Source: Nemertoderma westbladi (taxonomy: Eukaryota > Animalia > Xenacoelomorpha). From it: a DNA stretch of 40,885 nt. This document shows, in pieces, positions 37,934 to 40,885 of the stretch. Made by a program: the position numbers and the translations under genes. How positions within the stretch are numbered: position 1 is the first letter of the stretch; each line of letters starts with the position of its first letter. Location of the stretch: NCBI GenBank assembly GCA_032718475.1, contig JAUCBJ010008266.1, positions 1 to 40,885 on the forward strand. The letters run 5' to 3'. The notes under the pieces are model-generated. The model did no database searches and was not told the origin of the DNA. It saw only the letters and a list, made by a program, of their open reading frames with translations.

Positions 37934-38167
37934 GAGTCATCCTCTCTTGGGGCTTCCAAGTCGAACAACGTAAAGACGACGTTGCAAGGCAACTCCTCGT
38001 CAAATGCGCTCAACTCTATGACGGCGGTCAGCTCGACGTCCAAAAGCGAAAAGGTCAATGAGGATGAGTTAGAAGACATTCCAATAGATAAATTATTAGA
38101 AGATAAAAATTACCAGAAACTTTTACAGAAACACCAACGGAACATGTCGAAACTAATAAAGAAACAG
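37934..38167 (+). CDS. PLCB4: PLC beta exon 4 (CTD linker and start of coiled coil)
   Basis: Pyrimidine tract plus tag| acceptor, phase 0. IPIDKLLEDKNYQKLLQKHQRNMSKLIKKQ resembles the distal CTD. Donor CAG|gtaaat. Confidence 0.82.
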
Positions 38168-38502
38168 GTAAATTGTCTCGCAATTAAGTTTAAACTCTCA
38201 ACGGGAAAAACCGCAAATAATAATTTAATTTAATTTTAGCAAATCAAAATAATTTTAACTGTATTATGCGTGCTAATGACTCTTCTTTGTTGTTTTGATT
38301 ATAATATCATGTCTCGGTAACCTGTTACTTTCCATGACTTGTTGGTTTCCTATATTCCAATAAAAATTATAAAAACCTAATCAAACTATCCTCTTCTATT
38401 TTCCTCCGGCTTTACCTTAGAGTTTCTTGCCCACTTCAACCCCCCCCCCCTCCCCCCTCCCCTAAACTTAATTTACAGTGTTAATTGTTATTTACCATCT
38501 AG

Positions 38503-38646
38503 TCTCTTCAAATGGTAACGATGCAGAAAACGCACACATCGGCGGTGGATAAAGTTGTTCACAGCCACCGGAGACAGAAGAGTGTCGACAGTAAATCCAA
38601 GTTTAAAGTAACATCACCATCATCTAACAGTGGAAATAGTTGCCCA
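38503..38646 (+). CDS. PLCB4: PLC beta exon 5
   Basis: tag| acceptor and |gtaagt donor, phase 0. SLQMVTMQKTHTSAVDKVV resembles the PLCB4 TMQKxHxxxVDKIV segment. Confidence 0.78.
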
Positions 38647-38811
38647 GTAAGTTCTATTAAACATTCATTATAGGAACTGTATGTAAATGAACAAATTAGA
38701 GTGTTTGTAATGTTATTAATATTGACCACTGTTAGGAAGTAAACAAACCAGTAGTTTTAACATCATTTCATCATTTTTAACATCATTAATCATTTTATTT
38801 TACTATTTCAG

Positions 38812-38828
38812 TGTGAAATAAAGTATCG
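38812..38828 (+). CDS. Candidate 17-nt PLC beta micro-exon (CEIKY + R, phase 2)
   Basis: ttttattttactatttcag|TGTGAAATAAAGTATCG|gtaagt. Both splice sites are strong and the frame is open after exon 5. Confidence 0.5.
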
Positions 38829-39112
38829 GTAAGTAACATAAAGTTGCCAAAAATCCGTTCCAAGCTTGTCCGGTTTTTGCCAAACCCCTTTACTGATGGT
38901 AGGCTATTGTCGACTACATAGTTTAGTATTTAAGAAATGAACAATTAGATATATGTCTATCGGTAATAATCGGCTACTAGCACTACCATTTAATGCCAAC
39001 AATAATTGGCTACTTAATCGGACTCTACTTGTATGGTATTGCAAATCTGGTAGCCTATTTTTGTTACAGTGATAAATTATAATATTATGATAAATAAAAA
39101 ATATAAAAAAAT

Positions 39113-39228
39113 CGGACGTCCGAATTTAGCCACCCCCCTCCCCCTCTGTCCGAATATGTCCGGATTTTGAAGACCCCCCCCCCCCCCCCCCCCCCCCCCT
39201 CTGACATCCTTTAATGGATTTCCCCTTA
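39113..39228. mobile_element. C-tract-containing MITE-like right end
   Basis: cggacgtccga...C-tract...gacatcctttaatggatttcccct-ta resembles common invertebrate MITE termini. No partner end was seen. Confidence 0.35.
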
Positions 39229-40885
39229 CACCGGCATTATATTGCGTGATCTCATTTTTCATTTTCAGAAATTTTTTTAAGACTAGTTTGAAATAAACTA
39301 TGGCCTTGGACATTGTGGACTTGTGGATAGTGCAAATTTTTCACAACCATTACTACAAATCGATGTATCCACTGAGACATTTACAGACTGTTTGGCGTTC
39401 ACGAAACTGGCATTGATATTAGCGACCACAAAAACATGATGATATTATCATATCTATTGAATCAAGAATCTATTAAGATAATTTTACATCCAGACTAAGT
39501 AAGAATACCTTCGGTGCTCATGTAATTACTAAACTGGCGAGCTGACACTCCTATCAGGTTACTCCTCACCGGCATGCAACTGATATATTTTGTTTCCGAA
39601 ATGCGCTTTTTAAGTAATCTTCGTATTTCCATCGACTTAAAGGGCTACATAACGGCCGGCAACCAACAATCCACGTCCACTAACCTAATTACACCACCGA
39701 TATCTTGTAAATCCCATTTTAATTCTTATTGCGACTAAAGCAAAGCTACGCAACGCAAAAATTTTATTAGAACGCCTGCAAGCAGGCTTCAAACTCACCT
39801 GCCTTATAGTTTAACCGAGGTAAACCTCTATTACATGCGCTATTGCGACAAAAAATACCAATAATCCAGTGTCAATCTAGAGCATATAAGCCAAAACAGA
39901 TTCGCAATCAATCCAAACCATATTTCTTGTATTCTAATGCCCAAAAAACTTAAATATAAAAAAATATTATATAAAATATTAAACCGGTTTGCTGACCACT
40001 TTACAGCATTGAGGCTAACTAGTCTCATCTAACTAGTCTCATCTCTTTGGTTGATTTTTATAGAGTAAACGGCTGGTGGAATACAGACGTAGTCCTTATG
40101 GGTAGATTTAATAGTTCTTATGACATGTTCGAATTACTCTGAATTGTATGAATTTTATTGTTTGTATTTTGACATCCATAGGTTGTATTTATTATGACAC
40201 ACTAAAGATTAAACCCAACCGTATAACTCTACTACAATTTTTATGTGACGCAATGAGTCAAACATTTTGTGTCCACCCGAACGGGTGTAAACGCTACGCC
40301 GACAGCCGACAACCACTGCCGACAACACAAAAAATGAAAATGTAACCTGGTTTCGTGACTCTCATTTATTGTTATGGTTCGAATAACCTTACACTGTAAC
40401 CTGTTCCTTTCCCTCAATTAATGATTAACATTAATTAGCTTTAATAATGGTTGTCGGCGTTTGGGACCGGAAACAATAGCATTCGAACACACCCCCCCCC
40501 CCCCCCCCCCCCCCCCCCTCAAAAATTGGAAATGGCTAAAATTTTACTTTATTTTGGGATATTCGCACGTAAAAGTAACAAATTTAGAATAATAATTAAA
40601 TGCTTGAGTTAATACAATTATTTTATTCTTTAATTGTCAAGCTGAAGTAAAAAACCTTACCGGTAGGTATGCCAGTACAGTACGATACAAATACTAAAAT
40701 AAAAAAGCAACTGACCATTAGACGTTGCATGCAATCAGTAATCAGCTGACGGCTGTCAGCTGATCAGTAGGTTTCGCCCCAATGGGGGCTTTCTCAAGTA
40801 GCTAGTGCTAGAAAGGAGACAATAGATAGAAGTTCCCAAGGGAGACGGGACGGTAAAGTGAAACAAGGTAGATGAGGTAGATGTT

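Noticed and set aside
39380-40030. Possible minus-strand CR1/L2 LINE relic
   Set aside because: Only faint peptide resemblance (LTLDYW); it cannot be supported without a profile search.

Overview
AT-rich, repeat-dense genomic DNA from a non-vertebrate animal, judged from GT-AG introns, metazoan genes, LINE/MITE relics and satellites. The taxon cannot be fixed from sequence alone. Three protein-coding genes are supported: an intronless BC-box/LRR protein (2087-3211, -), an intronless NADH-cytochrome b5 reductase (6808-7746, -), and the 5' part of a PLC-beta4/norpA-type phospholipase C (exons 22296-38828, +, probably continuing past the window). The rest is four tandem arrays (19, 52/59, 62 and 44 bp units), a decayed RTE-type LINE, several MITE families and many TA-site excision-footprint motifs. 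The most notable signal is in PLC intron 3 (31077-31770): a ~350-bp tandem-plus-inverted repeat. Two of its copies carry a minimal type I hammerhead ribozyme placed between Pol III A- and B-box-like motifs and followed by a T6 run, resembling a retrozyme or SINE. All alignments and folds were done by eye; no database searches were run.
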